From the IMG/VR virus record IMGVR_UViG_3300021958_000059, positions 850 through 64,849 of that record: a DNA stretch of 64,000 bases; one strand, given 5' to 3'. Below are positions 24,750-34,961 of the stretch, piece by piece (the stretch's first letter is position 1; each line of letters starts with the position of its first letter). A program made the position numbers and the translations under genes. The notes under the pieces were generated by a model. It did not search any database, was not told the DNA's origin, and saw nothing but the letters and a program-made list of their open reading frames with translations. This DNA is from a virus. Its lineage: Duplodnaviria; Caudoviricetes.

Positions 24750-25661
24750 TTATGAAAGAGAAATTGCTGACATGCTATAAGAAATTGGTGAATTTACCGT
24801 AAATGGATCGCCTGTAGGCTGTAATACTCCGGTTGCTTTAAGTTCTGTAGCGGTTATGGTTAGTGTTCCGTCAACTAAATCAACAGGTGGAGTTTGTGGG
24901 TTTGCGGCCGGAAAAGCATCGTCAGGATCAACATAAGAATCAACCAATTCAACCTTAAAATCAATCACTGTTGCAGTTCCTGCAGAATTATCTACAACAT
25001 CGCATTTGGCTCTTAGTCTATATGTGTTAGCACTGTATGGTGTGCTTGATGCACGTGAATAATAAGTTTGATATGTATTTGTTAAAGAATAAAATCCATT
25101 TGCTGCAATTAAATCACCAACAAAGTCTTGATCGCCTGCTGCCAATAACAAATTCGACCATGCATTTGTTTGTTGTGTTGTTCCGCCTGTCATTGAACTG
25201 TTCATTCTAATTGCGCCGCCTGAATTAAAAAAATATCTTGCTTCGGTTGCTGAATCAAAAGTTACGGTTAGTTCTGCTGAAGCGGTTGTATTCCAAGAAG
25301 AGGATGTAGACTTAGAATCAATTGCTGCAAGAACATACTGTCCTGTTGCTATATCAAATCTATTATTTCTTAATACGTCTGCATAGTAATCATAGTTTTG
25401 ATAAGCGCCACTAGCATCATCATTGATTGTGTCCAGTGTGCTAACTACAATTGTGCTAGGATCGTTGCCGGTTTGGTGTATGTAAGTATTTATAATGTCG
25501 TATCTTACAGCATCCCAATCAATTTTACGAATTAACTGTCCTGCGTTGACTGACGCACTATATACTGTCTGACCATAACCAAAGGTTTGACTACCTGGCC
25601 CTAGAACATCTATAATTTTTGTTCTAATGGTATTAAGGTCACTCGCGAATATATCTGTCAT
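24750..25661 (-). CDS. Virion structural protein, paralog B
   Basis: VRYDIIN..HQT; ARYFFNSGG; W.NLL..AG. Confidence 0.7.
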   Translation of the reverse strand: MTDIFASDLNTIRTKIIDVLGPGSQTFGYGQTVYSASVNAGQLIRKIDWDAVRYDIINTYIHQTGNDPSTIVVSTLDTINDDASGAYQNYDYYADVLRNNRFDIATGQYVLAAIDSKSTSSSWNTTASAELTVTFDSATEARYFFNSGGAIRMNSSMTGGTTQQTNAWSNLLLAAGDQDFVGDLIAANGFYSLTNTYQTYYSRASSTPYSANTYRLRAKCDVVDNSAGTATVIDFKVELVDSYVDPDDAFPAANPQTPPVDLVDGTLTITATELKATGVLQPTGDPFTVNSPISYSMSAISLS

Positions 25662-27403
25662 TATAGAACTACCGCTTCAATCATTTTTTCAGTTTCTAAA
25701 TTACTGTCTTGAAGGGCAATTCCGAATACATCAGGCGATGCTGTTGATACTTTAGCACATCCGTTATCAGTTGCAACAAGTCTGTCGCCCTTTCTAACTG
25801 CTCCGACTACTTTAACCTGTAGTCTTCCTTTTAGTGCTACAAATTGTCCGCCTGCTAAGTGTGCATTCATCATATATGCAGGTTGTGCTGAAATAACACC
25901 TAATGCTCTATCGCCTTCTTTAGACTGTGTAACTTCTTGGGCGCCACCGACCGAAACTACTGTTCCTGCTTCATAATTGTTATCTGTTAAATATTTTTCA
26001 GCAAGGTCGGCATATCTAGCCGCAGTTGCAGTTCCTTCAAAAAGAACTGCTTCTAAGTTTCCAGAACTATCTCTTGCTGCTACTGTATTACCTACAGGAT
26101 CAGTATCTGCTACCCTATATGTTCCATCAACATTTACCTGATCTGCTTTATCAGCAATTCCTTTAAATTGATTGGCTGTAATATCACCGTTTGAATCTCT
26201 TACCGGAATAGAAGTTGTTAATGGACTAGGAACTCCAATGGACGGAGTAATATTATTTAATTGAGTTGCATTTGATGCCGTTCCAGTAACATTACCACTA
26301 ACATTACCTAATAATGTTCCTTTTAAGGTTGCACTTGCGTAACCAATTTCCTTGGTCGATGCATTTATCATTATCTGTGTATCATTTGCTAATAAATTTC
26401 CTGTATGTTCACCGTTTGAATTACCAGTAACATTACCAGTAACATCAGCATAAACATTACCAGCAAAAACATCTTTCCATTTTAAACTGCTAGTTCCAAT
26501 ATCAAATGCACCATTTGTTCCTGGTTGAATACCAGCAATAGTAATTTGTAACGACTTGTAATTAACACCACCGTCAGTAACTATGAAATTTAATGGGTTT
26601 CCTAATAAACTGTTTACAGTTGGATCGTCGCCTGCTGGAATCCAAATTCTTAAATCTCGTTGATCGCCAAATATTGCTCCATCGTCATCAAAGAAAACAG
26701 TATTCTCAAAGTTTACAGAAGATTTTAATACATAATCTTCTGCTAGTTGTCCACCTAGTCTCAGAGAATTAGATGAAGTTCCCCAATAGATATAATCGTT
26801 TGCACTAATACCATTAGTATCTGTATTGGCTAGAGTAATACCTTTTTTGATTGCTGTAAAATCATCGATAGGGTTAACTGAACTGTTTAAAGAAAACGCA
26901 GTCTGTGACGCTATTGCTATCGTCTTTCCTGCTGCTAGTATTTTTAATATCGAATGGTTTGTATTTCCTGTGTCTTTGACTACCTGCGCTACAACTCCAC
27001 TGGTTCCTAAATCCGGAGATGCTTCAGGTCCGATGAGAACAAATGCTGCACCATCATAGGCATATAATTGTTTTGCAGAGGTATCCCACCAAAAGTCACC
27101 AATTCCTAACCCGCCTGGCGCAGTTGCACTGGTTTCTGAACCAGATGCTGCTTTAAACTTAGAACCATCATAAAATTTTAATTTTTTATTTCCGCTGTCA
27201 TACCAGATTTGACCTTCTACTGCTTTTGGTGGAGAAGTGGTATTAGCAAAATTTTCTAATAGATGTAGGAAATTTTCATTTTGAACTTCGCCATACCCAG
27301 CATAGTTCTTGCCCACAAATCTTATATCTGTGGTTGTATCTATGGTTCCGTCTTCTACAGACGTTAAAAAAGTTCCATTAAATTTATCTACTTGGTATGC
27401 CAT
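25661..27403 (-). CDS. Tail fibre/spike protein with C-terminal chaperone-like (peptidase G2-type) domain
   Basis: N-terminal GKNY.GYGE..NENFL.LLENFA and GQIWYD modules; C-terminal YADLAEKY..YEAGTVV..GVIS..PAY.MN..VALKGR. Confidence 0.75.
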   Translation of the reverse strand: MAYQVDKFNGTFLTSVEDGTIDTTTDIRFVGKNYAGYGEVQNENFLHLLENFANTTSPPKAVEGQIWYDSGNKKLKFYDGSKFKAASGSETSATAPGGLGIGDFWWDTSAKQLYAYDGAAFVLIGPEASPDLGTSGVVAQVVKDTGNTNHSILKILAAGKTIAIASQTAFSLNSSVNPIDDFTAIKKGITLANTDTNGISANDYIYWGTSSNSLRLGGQLAEDYVLKSSVNFENTVFFDDDGAIFGDQRDLRIWIPAGDDPTVNSLLGNPLNFIVTDGGVNYKSLQITIAGIQPGTNGAFDIGTSSLKWKDVFAGNVYADVTGNVTGNSNGEHTGNLLANDTQIMINASTKEIGYASATLKGTLLGNVSGNVTGTASNATQLNNITPSIGVPSPLTTSIPVRDSNGDITANQFKGIADKADQVNVDGTYRVADTDPVGNTVAARDSSGNLEAVLFEGTATAARYADLAEKYLTDNNYEAGTVVSVGGAQEVTQSKEGDRALGVISAQPAYMMNAHLAGGQFVALKGRLQVKVVGAVRKGDRLVATDNGCAKVSTASPDVFGIALQDSNLETEKMIEAVVL

Positions 27404-27427
27404 TTTATTTTTTTCCTAGTTCAGTTG

Positions 27428-27434
27428 TATTTAT
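27428..27434 (-). promoter_or_regulatory. Late promoter core ATAAATA
   Basis: Intergenic, upstream of 27403. Confidence 0.55.
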
Positions 27435-27440
27435 TCGTTT

Positions 27441-27905
27441 TTACTTCATAAGCATCAAGCATGCCCAGTTCTTTTCCGCAGATGAAGTGCTTACAGAGTG
27501 CCTATTAGTAAGTGAAAACTCCACTCCTTGCCCTCTTGACACCGAAACTACTTGGTTATCTATGGTAATATTATTGTTGTCTGTTAGACTGTATGCAACA
27601 ATTGTTCCTGCTGCACTTACACCTTCCCATGCATCCATTGTATCTAAACGTCCTGTGTTTGCAGGAAATTTTAAAAAGTATCCAATTACTGCTTTATTAA
27701 TATCGGCTTCTTCAAAATATGACTTAAAATTAGCTCTTTGGGTTCTATTCCAAGATTTCCATTTTGAAACTTCATACTTGCTTAAACTATCATAGCCGTT
27801 GGCACCTAGTCTAGTATTATTTGATGAAAAATCTATACTAGATTTTAATGTATCTAGTCCTGTTAAACTGTCTAAACTTAATGCTGTTTTTAAAATATGT
27901 GCCAT
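27441..27905 (-). CDS. Divergent 2OG-oxygenase-fold paralog
   Basis: Aligns by eye with 27912..28385 (SL.D..I.I.D..GQG...HSV); lacks the proximal His. Confidence 0.55.
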   Translation of the reverse strand: MAHILKTALSLDSLTGLDTLKSSIDFSSNNTRLGANGYDSLSKYEVSKWKSWNRTQRANFKSYFEEADINKAVIGYFLKFPANTGRLDTMDAWEGVSAAGTIVAYSLTDNNNITIDNQVVSVSRGQGVEFSLTNRHSVSTSSAEKNWACLMLMK

Positions 27906-27911
27906 AATTTC

Positions 27912-28385
27912 CTACTCGTAAAGATACACCAAAGAATATCTTTTATTGTTTACAGGTGCAACACTATGCACCGGCCCTATTCCATCAATACAAATTCCTT
28001 GTCCAACAGAATCCTGTATAAATTTATCATCATCATTGATCATCACACCGTCATCACTGTCTTGTAATGAAATAACTAGATTTTTTCTGTAGTAGTCAAA
28101 ATCTCTGTGCTTACCGAGATGATCACCGATGTTGTATCTATTTATTGCTATCTCTGCAAGTCGATGTTCCTCGAAATAAGGAGCAATAGATTTTAAAAAT
28201 TCAACTATGTGCTGTGGCATTTGAGAATGTCCACAAAAATCGTATGCACATGACGAATTTTCAACCTGTCTAGGTGGGGTAAGTTGTGATCTTCTAACCC
28301 ATCTTGCTTCATCGAGAGATTCTGCATGCTGCTTTGCTCTTAGTGCAGTAACTTTATCAAGATATTTAGATATCACGTATGTCAT
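27912..28385 (-). CDS. 2OG-Fe(II) oxygenase (prolyl-hydroxylase/AlkB-like)
   Basis: INRYNIGDHLGKHRD (HxD); PVHSV (distal His); KRYSLV (Arg); start moved to ATG 28385 by the GGAG spacing. Confidence 0.8.
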   Translation of the reverse strand: MTYVISKYLDKVTALRAKQHAESLDEARWVRRSQLTPPRQVENSSCAYDFCGHSQMPQHIVEFLKSIAPYFEEHRLAEIAINRYNIGDHLGKHRDFDYYRKNLVISLQDSDDGVMINDDDKFIQDSVGQGICIDGIGPVHSVAPVNNKRYSLVYLYE

Positions 28386-28878
28386 CACCATACTCCTGAA
28401 TAGCACCTTCATATTTTTCTGCAACTTCTGCTGCAACATCTTCGGTGCTTTTATATGTAATCTGACTGTTATTTCTAAAGTATTCTTTTCTAATGCCGTT
28501 GGCACGTCTAACTTCAGCAATAAAGTCATTCATTTCTTTTAAATCGTCTGCTTCAATTCCAGCATTGTCTGCTAATCTTTCTATGGCACCACCTAAAATG
28601 CTTAATTGATCTTCTAATGGATACTTGTCCGTGATTCTTGTTCTTGCTAGAGTGTTTAATGCGTCCTCTGTCATTAGAGGAGCAGCATTTACATCATAAA
28701 TCTCATAGTTGTCATAGTCGCCTCTGACATTTTCATTGTCGAGATCTATTTCAATTTCTCTATAAAGATATAAATCGTGATTGAGCAAAGATTGATCATC
28801 TACCATTCCGATAACAGTTGTAAACTTATTGTTTAATTTATTAAACTGTGCTAGTGCCGTTTGCCTATTCATATCCAT
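28366..28878 (-). CDS. Hypothetical protein, possible tail-fibre assembly chaperone
   Basis: Follows a fibre gene; RITDKYPLEDQLSIL resembles fibre-chaperone C-termini. Confidence 0.6.
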   Translation of the reverse strand: MDMNRQTALAQFNKLNNKFTTVIGMVDDQSLLNHDLYLYREIEIDLDNENVRGDYDNYEIYDVNAAPLMTEDALNTLARTRITDKYPLEDQLSILGGAIERLADNAGIEADDLKEMNDFIAEVRRANGIRKEYFRNNSQITYKSTEDVAAEVAEKYEGAIQEYGDDIRDI

Positions 28879-28880
28879 AT

Positions 28881-30893
28881 TTATCCTATATTAATCCATG
28901 AGCCGTTTGGCTGTTTTTCTACTTTTCTTCTATATCTATCAACAATGCTAACACTACCACCATTTGAATTAGCAGGTCTAGAATAGGCTCTTTCGTCCCA
29001 GAATGAAACAATAGTTCCTGCCGGGAATGCAGAATAAGTTGCCTGGACATTTGCCAATGTTGTTGCTCCAGCCCAATAAGGGTTTGGTATTGCTGCTACC
29101 GCAGCACTTATTTCGCTATCAACATACTGTTTAGTTGTGGCATGCATATTTGCTGTTGGTGTAGCATGAAGAGTAAGGAACCCTGTCATTGTATCGCCAG
29201 CCAGTGCTACTCTTGTATTATCAGTTATTGTAATATTTGCAGTTCCATCAAAACTAACACCGTTAATTGTCCTTGCGGTTTTTAGTTTAACTGTTTGTGC
29301 TGATTCAAATACATTGTCTACCCACACAGGTGGTGCAGCAGTTCCTCTTGATGCTAATACTTGATCAGCGGCTCCTGCAGGGAGAAGCGCGGTAGTTCCA
29401 GACGCAGTCTGGTAAGCGATAGAGCCCGCGGCTCCGCCCGCGATATTTGTAGCGGTGGTAGCAAGTGTGGCTGTATCAGCGTTACCTTGTAGATCGCCTA
29501 TGAATAAATTTGCATGAACGTTATCCCATTTGTTTGTGCTCTTGCCTAGATCAACATCCTGATCTACGCTAGGAATTAATCCGCCTTGGACACCAGTTCC
29601 GTTTAGACTGGATACGTCTGGTGATATCAAATCAACTATTGAAGAATCAAGGCCGCCATTATCTATTACCTTTAAACTTAGTATTCTTTCAGACGTTAAC
29701 TGTGTTTGTGAACCAGAAGCAACTACTCCAAATGAGTTTGATACTGTAACAGGCCCGTTAACATCTAAATTATTAAGTGTGCCCACGCTTTCTAATTGAG
29801 AACTAACAACGGTTGCTGCTAGAGCCGTGTCAGTAAGTGTTCTAGCACTTGCTGTTACCGTAATATCAGCAAGACCGTTAAACGGAACACCGTTTATGTT
29901 GCGTGAAGTTCTTAATTTTGTTGCACTGTTTGCATTACCTGTTAGTGTTGCCCCAATAAATGTATTCGCTTCAATAATATCAAATCTTGAAGTTCCTGAG
30001 TTTGCAGTTACATTACCCGTTACATCACCTGCTAGATCAGCAGTAATTAATCCTGCACTAAATCCGCCGGCACTGTTCCTAACAACTACCTTTCCAATTG
30101 AATTAGATGATGTTGCATCAACATTCCATGTTACGTTTGCACTCCCGTCAAAATCATTTCCGGTTAAATGATCGCCGGCTTCTAATCTTTGTGGTGTTGC
30201 TGCCTTAATGGTAATGTCTCTAGTTCCATTAAACCCTATTCCGTTAATTAATCTTGTGTTCTTAAACTGTGTTGCGGATGCTGCATTTCCATTTACATCT
30301 CCTTTAAGAGTAAATGCTGTGCTTAGTGTTAGGCCATCATCTAAATCACTAAATCCTGAAATTGCATTTGAACTGTCTATAGTAAATGCATTCGATGAGA
30401 GTATACCAATAACAATATCATTAACGGTTAACAAAATTACTGCATATGTTACTGCATTGTCTGCTAGTAATGTTGTGCTTCTTGCCCTTGTTATTCCATA
30501 CCCTTCTGCTGATTCCGGACCAATGAATACCCAAGTATTGCCGTCCCATGTGTGAAGCGTATTACTTCCTGTCTTAAACCAAAATGATCCCGTTAAAGGA
30601 TCAACTGGTGGGGTTGAAGAAATTGCTGTAAACCCAACTTCCGCCCATTTGTCACCGTCGTATATTTTTAGGACATTAATGCTTGTATCAAACCACAATT
30701 GCCCACTAATAGGTCTAGATGGGGCAGATATGTTAGCAAAATTTTCTAGTAGGAATAGAAAGTTTTCATTTTGTGCTTCACCATAACCTATGTAATTTCT
30801 GCCTACTAGTGTTAGGCTTGAATCTGTGTTGATGGTTGCATCTTGTAGGGTTGTAAATGCTGTCCCATCCGTTTTATTAATTACATATGCCAT
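28881..30893 (-). CDS. Tail fibre protein
   Basis: Same N-terminal module as its neighbours; three (T/A)R.INGV.F.G..DITI fibre repeats. Confidence 0.8.
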   Translation of the reverse strand: MAYVINKTDGTAFTTLQDATINTDSSLTLVGRNYIGYGEAQNENFLFLLENFANISAPSRPISGQLWFDTSINVLKIYDGDKWAEVGFTAISSTPPVDPLTGSFWFKTGSNTLHTWDGNTWVFIGPESAEGYGITRARSTTLLADNAVTYAVILLTVNDIVIGILSSNAFTIDSSNAISGFSDLDDGLTLSTAFTLKGDVNGNAASATQFKNTRLINGIGFNGTRDITIKAATPQRLEAGDHLTGNDFDGSANVTWNVDATSSNSIGKVVVRNSAGGFSAGLITADLAGDVTGNVTANSGTSRFDIIEANTFIGATLTGNANSATKLRTSRNINGVPFNGLADITVTASARTLTDTALAATVVSSQLESVGTLNNLDVNGPVTVSNSFGVVASGSQTQLTSERILSLKVIDNGGLDSSIVDLISPDVSSLNGTGVQGGLIPSVDQDVDLGKSTNKWDNVHANLFIGDLQGNADTATLATTATNIAGGAAGSIAYQTASGTTALLPAGAADQVLASRGTAAPPVWVDNVFESAQTVKLKTARTINGVSFDGTANITITDNTRVALAGDTMTGFLTLHATPTANMHATTKQYVDSEISAAVAAIPNPYWAGATTLANVQATYSAFPAGTIVSFWDERAYSRPANSNGGSVSIVDRYRRKVEKQPNGSWINIG

Positions 30894-30911
30894 TTAACGC
30901 TCCTAGTTCCA

Positions 30912-32807
30912 TTATGGTAGTGACACTTCAGAAACAAAACTCCATGTTCCTGCCAAAAGTTGGAAAGTCTTAATAACTCTCGTAGTTGTAATAGTTGATG
31001 CCGATATTGTTGCCGCCGACGCCGCAACGTTTGTAATCGCAAAAGCCTGACCCGTTGGTGTATTGAATTCTGCTGTTGTTTCATTTAACAGTGGATTAAT
31101 ATCCAAACTGGTTGTTGAATTACTTAATGTTGTGCAAAGAATTCTTGCTATTGTTCCGTTTCTGTATTCTGATACTGGTGCAAGTTGAGACAGTATTGTT
31201 CCACCGATATAACTGTTTGGCTTACCGTCAGTTAGGTCCATGGAAAACGCTAGGCTTCTAGATTCTGTTATGTTGTCAACGTATTCCTTGGTTGCTCCGT
31301 CCTGTGCATCAGTAGGGTCAGCCAATCCTGTAATCTGTGGCGAGCCTATTAGTGCAACATTACCCGTTCCGTTCGGGGCTAGTTCTAAATCACTGTCAGC
31401 AAGTATAGTTGTAATTCTTGGTTTACCACTTCCACTGTCAACTTCAAATTTAGCATCGGCAGTAGGAGGCGTTGCACCAATGTTAACTACATTCTGTGTT
31501 CCAAAAGCAGTAACACCAGGAATACTGGTAATACCTGCTCCTAGACTGTTACCATCCAAAACTGTTACGCCATTAATTTTAAATGCCTTGCCCGTTGCAA
31601 GGTTGATGTGTTCTGATGAAGTCCAGGCCTGTGCAGCAAGTGTTGGAGTTTTCGAAGTTGATGGCAGACCTAGATTTGACCACAATAACACATGATCAAT
31701 ATTTCCTGCTGGACCTTTAAGGACCAGTCCGCCGCCATCAGCCACCGTATCAGAGTTTGTTGCGTCATCTCCGGTTTGTGCTAATTCGATCTGCTTATTT
31801 TCAACAACTAGATTCTGTGTATTAAGACTTAGGATGTCCCCATCCTCAATCGTTAACTGACCTCTAATTGTGGTGTTTCCCTTGATTTCAACATCGCCTC
31901 CCATTATAATTTCACTGTCAGTGAATCCGTCATACAGGCTAATTTTTCTATCTGTTGCTTCAACTACAACTGCATTTTCTTGAACGATACCTTTTCTCAC
32001 ACTAATTGTTAGTGTTTTGTCCTGTGCAGAGTTTAAGAAGAAAACATTACCGTTTGCGTCAACTGTGAGGTTACCTTGGTCACCAGCGCCAAATACCATA
32101 CCTAAATCCGAATTAACTCTTATTTGGCCAGCAAACTGATTTGATGTGTCTCTTCTTGCATATGTTGTTGCAGCAACAGCACCTAGTTGTTCGGCATTGG
32201 TCGCTGTAACATTAAACTTCATTCCTGATAAGGTTCCCTGGTTGAACCCTGGCGAAATGCTTCCGTTAAAACCTTCTATTGCATTCTTAGGTGTAAATGA
32301 ATCTTTTGAAAATATTCCTAATAAGATTCCATTATTATATAAACTAGTAATAACACGGGTCTGGTTAAGAGAGTCTAGTATGCTCGATACTCTAAAACCG
32401 CTCAGTCCTTGCGTTTGTGAATAGTCCGGACCAAGCAAAATAGTTGTTGTTCCATCAAAGAAATATAATTGCTTCTGTGTATCATTAAACCAAAGATCAC
32501 CAACTCCTAGTGTTGTGGGTTGTGTATTAGAAATTGTTGCAGAACTAACAGGAACAAACGCAGTTCCACTATAAACTTTAAGTTTGTTTTCAGTTCCGTC
32601 AAACCAAATTTGGCCTTTAATTGGGTTAGTTGGTTGGGTCGTGCTTGAAAAATTCTCAAGCAACTTAATAAAGTTTTCGTTTAATGCTTCGCCAAACCCA
32701 CTGTAGTTTTTACCAATGAGTGTAATATCAGTTGAAATACTATCAACCTGGCCATCTGCTACGGTTGCTACAATTGTTCCATCTGTTTTATTAATCTGAT
32801 AAGCCAT
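30912..32807 (-). CDS. Tail fibre protein
   Basis: N-terminal GKNYSGFGE..NENFIKLLENF; GQIWFD and GDLWFN repeats; DAQDGATKEYVD. Confidence 0.8.
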   Translation of the reverse strand: MAYQINKTDGTIVATVADGQVDSISTDITLIGKNYSGFGEALNENFIKLLENFSSTTQPTNPIKGQIWFDGTENKLKVYSGTAFVPVSSATISNTQPTTLGVGDLWFNDTQKQLYFFDGTTTILLGPDYSQTQGLSGFRVSSILDSLNQTRVITSLYNNGILLGIFSKDSFTPKNAIEGFNGSISPGFNQGTLSGMKFNVTATNAEQLGAVAATTYARRDTSNQFAGQIRVNSDLGMVFGAGDQGNLTVDANGNVFFLNSAQDKTLTISVRKGIVQENAVVVEATDRKISLYDGFTDSEIIMGGDVEIKGNTTIRGQLTIEDGDILSLNTQNLVVENKQIELAQTGDDATNSDTVADGGGLVLKGPAGNIDHVLLWSNLGLPSTSKTPTLAAQAWTSSEHINLATGKAFKINGVTVLDGNSLGAGITSIPGVTAFGTQNVVNIGATPPTADAKFEVDSGSGKPRITTILADSDLELAPNGTGNVALIGSPQITGLADPTDAQDGATKEYVDNITESRSLAFSMDLTDGKPNSYIGGTILSQLAPVSEYRNGTIARILCTTLSNSTTSLDINPLLNETTAEFNTPTGQAFAITNVAASAATISASTITTTRVIKTFQLLAGTWSFVSEVSLP

Positions 32808-32810
32808 TTA

Positions 32811-34958
32811 TTACGTTCCTATTGTTTCAAAAGCAGGTGGTCCTGATCTAATAATATAATTTAATGTTAAGTAAGGATTCATAATACCAACTGCGGATCC
32901 TAGTGTAGTTCCTGATGGTTTCTTGACTCCTCCTGTGTCAGGAAGATACTGTGCTTCTCCCGGATTGTTAGGTCCATTACCTGATACTGAACTAATAGTT
33001 GGTGCAGTATCAACCCTAACAGCGTAAAATTGTTCGCTGTCTCCCTGTAGTGTATGGCTATGTTCTGGTAGGTTGGAAAGGGTTAAACTAACCGAACTCG
33101 AACCGCTTGATGCTGCTAGTGTTTCTGGTTCAGTTCCGTCAATTCTTGCTGGAACTGGAGAGCCGCCGCCATTATCAACTGTTCCACCGACATCATTAGG
33201 AACATTAATGTTGTTATCCATGTTGTGTTTACCTAGTGCAAATCTACCTCTTAGATCTGGAACTCTAAATGTTTTACCGACTGCACCGTTGAGTGCTGCG
33301 GATCCATTATACGTAGTTCCTATGATATCGTATAGTTCTCTAAATTTTGCAATTTCAACTTCACCTCCATCACATAATAGATAACCGTATGGTGCAGTTG
33401 CACCTGAATAAGGAAGAATTGCCCCCAAAGGAACACCCAAGTCTCCTACAAATGTATTTCTGTTCTGTTTTAATAAACCTACCGAACTACCTGTTCTTAA
33501 TGGATTTGCTCTATAAACAAGTATTTGATCCTCGGATCCTGATACATTAGGTAGTGGTGTATTCTTACTGGTAATAATGTTTGCTGTCAACTGTGTGTTA
33601 AACACTTTAGGATCACCAATACCGTCAAATGTAAATCCTGAGGAAACTACATCACCAGCAATTGAAAAACTAGTTGTATTTTTTAAGTTAGTTGCTGTGT
33701 TAGCGTTACCAGTAATGTTACCGCTGATGGTCCCTTGAATTTCATCGGCAATAATTAGTTTTGCTCTAACTTCGTTATATCTAAATGCTACAGATCCTAT
33801 ATCATATGTTTCAGTTGCTTCTGGCAATACATCTTTTGTAATTGTATTGCCTTCTACTAATAAGTTTCTTCCAACTCTTAAACTTTTCTTAATAGAAGCG
33901 CCGCCTTCTGTTCTGATACTACCGGTATCTAGATTAATTGTATCATTAACGTTTGTCACTAGTAGTGATCCGGTCAACCCAATATCACCGTCAACATCTA
34001 ATTCAGCATCTGGTGCAGCAACATTAATACCTACTTTATCATCTAAAATTCTTAAAATTGTATCAGGTATGCCATTTCTGTTTACTTGTAAGTCTAGTGA
34101 ACTACCAGCAGCACTATTGTATATTTTTGCTGAGGTTGATGATGTTGTTAACTGGAAGTTTCCATCAAGACCAATTGTTAAACCTTGGTTATTTCTTATG
34201 TTGAAGCCAAATTCTGTTGTGTTTGTTGCGTCACTTCTTAAAAATTTTGCTGCTGCTACTTCAACTCCACCTACATTTAATGCATCGGCATTTGCAGCGG
34301 TTCCGATTAACTTAGGAAGTTCTCCTCCTAAGAAGATGCTTTCAAATTCAGTTGCTTCACTTGCATTAGCAGGGGTTGCAATATTTAAACCGGACTTGAT
34401 TTGATCAAAGCCTTTAATTTCAATTTTAGGTGTAAATGAATCTCTTGATAATATTACAACAGGAGTATCAGCAATATAAAATATTAATACGTTTCTATCA
34501 AAGTTATCCTGATCAACAATCTTTTCAACTGCTGGGCCATATCTCTTACCGTCAATAGCACTTTCACTCGGTCCGACCAACAGCCATCTACTACCTGTAT
34601 AAATTCTCAGTTGTTGATTTGTTGTATCAACCCAAAGTTCGCCAACTTTAGAATTTTCAACGCTCGGCTCAGTTGGACCTTTTTGTATATTTGATGCTGC
34701 TTTCCAATTTGTATTATCATATAATTGCAATACACCATTTGTTGTGTCATACCACAATTGTCCTTCAATAGGATTAATTGGTTGACTAGATGATGCAAAA
34801 TTTTCTAGTAGTGAAAGAAAGTTTTCTGCAATAATCTGTCCGTATCCAACTACATTTCTTCCAGGAAAAGTTAAACTTGTATCTTGGCTCGATGTATTAT
34901 CGAAAACGGTAATTGGGGATTTGTTATCTTTGTCTGTAAAATTTACAATATATGGCAT
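32811..34958 (-). CDS. Tail fibre protein with tail-collar domain
   Basis: Collar PLGAILPYSG..APYGYLLCDG...FRVPDLRGRF; C-terminal NPYLTLNYIIR. Confidence 0.85.
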   Translation of the reverse strand: MPYIVNFTDKDNKSPITVFDNTSSQDTSLTFPGRNVVGYGQIIAENFLSLLENFASSSQPINPIEGQLWYDTTNGVLQLYDNTNWKAASNIQKGPTEPSVENSKVGELWVDTTNQQLRIYTGSRWLLVGPSESAIDGKRYGPAVEKIVDQDNFDRNVLIFYIADTPVVILSRDSFTPKIEIKGFDQIKSGLNIATPANASEATEFESIFLGGELPKLIGTAANADALNVGGVEVAAAKFLRSDATNTTEFGFNIRNNQGLTIGLDGNFQLTTSSTSAKIYNSAAGSSLDLQVNRNGIPDTILRILDDKVGINVAAPDAELDVDGDIGLTGSLLVTNVNDTINLDTGSIRTEGGASIKKSLRVGRNLLVEGNTITKDVLPEATETYDIGSVAFRYNEVRAKLIIADEIQGTISGNITGNANTATNLKNTTSFSIAGDVVSSGFTFDGIGDPKVFNTQLTANIITSKNTPLPNVSGSEDQILVYRANPLRTGSSVGLLKQNRNTFVGDLGVPLGAILPYSGATAPYGYLLCDGGEVEIAKFRELYDIIGTTYNGSAALNGAVGKTFRVPDLRGRFALGKHNMDNNINVPNDVGGTVDNGGGSPVPARIDGTEPETLAASSGSSSVSLTLSNLPEHSHTLQGDSEQFYAVRVDTAPTISSVSGNGPNNPGEAQYLPDTGGVKKPSGTTLGSAVGIMNPYLTLNYIIRSGPPAFETIGT

Positions 34959-34961
34959 TTA

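Noticed and set aside
28878-28884. ATAAATA on - at the 28881/28878 gene junction
   Set aside because: Formed by the stop codon and the next ATG (TAAATATG); too close to the start to call a promoter
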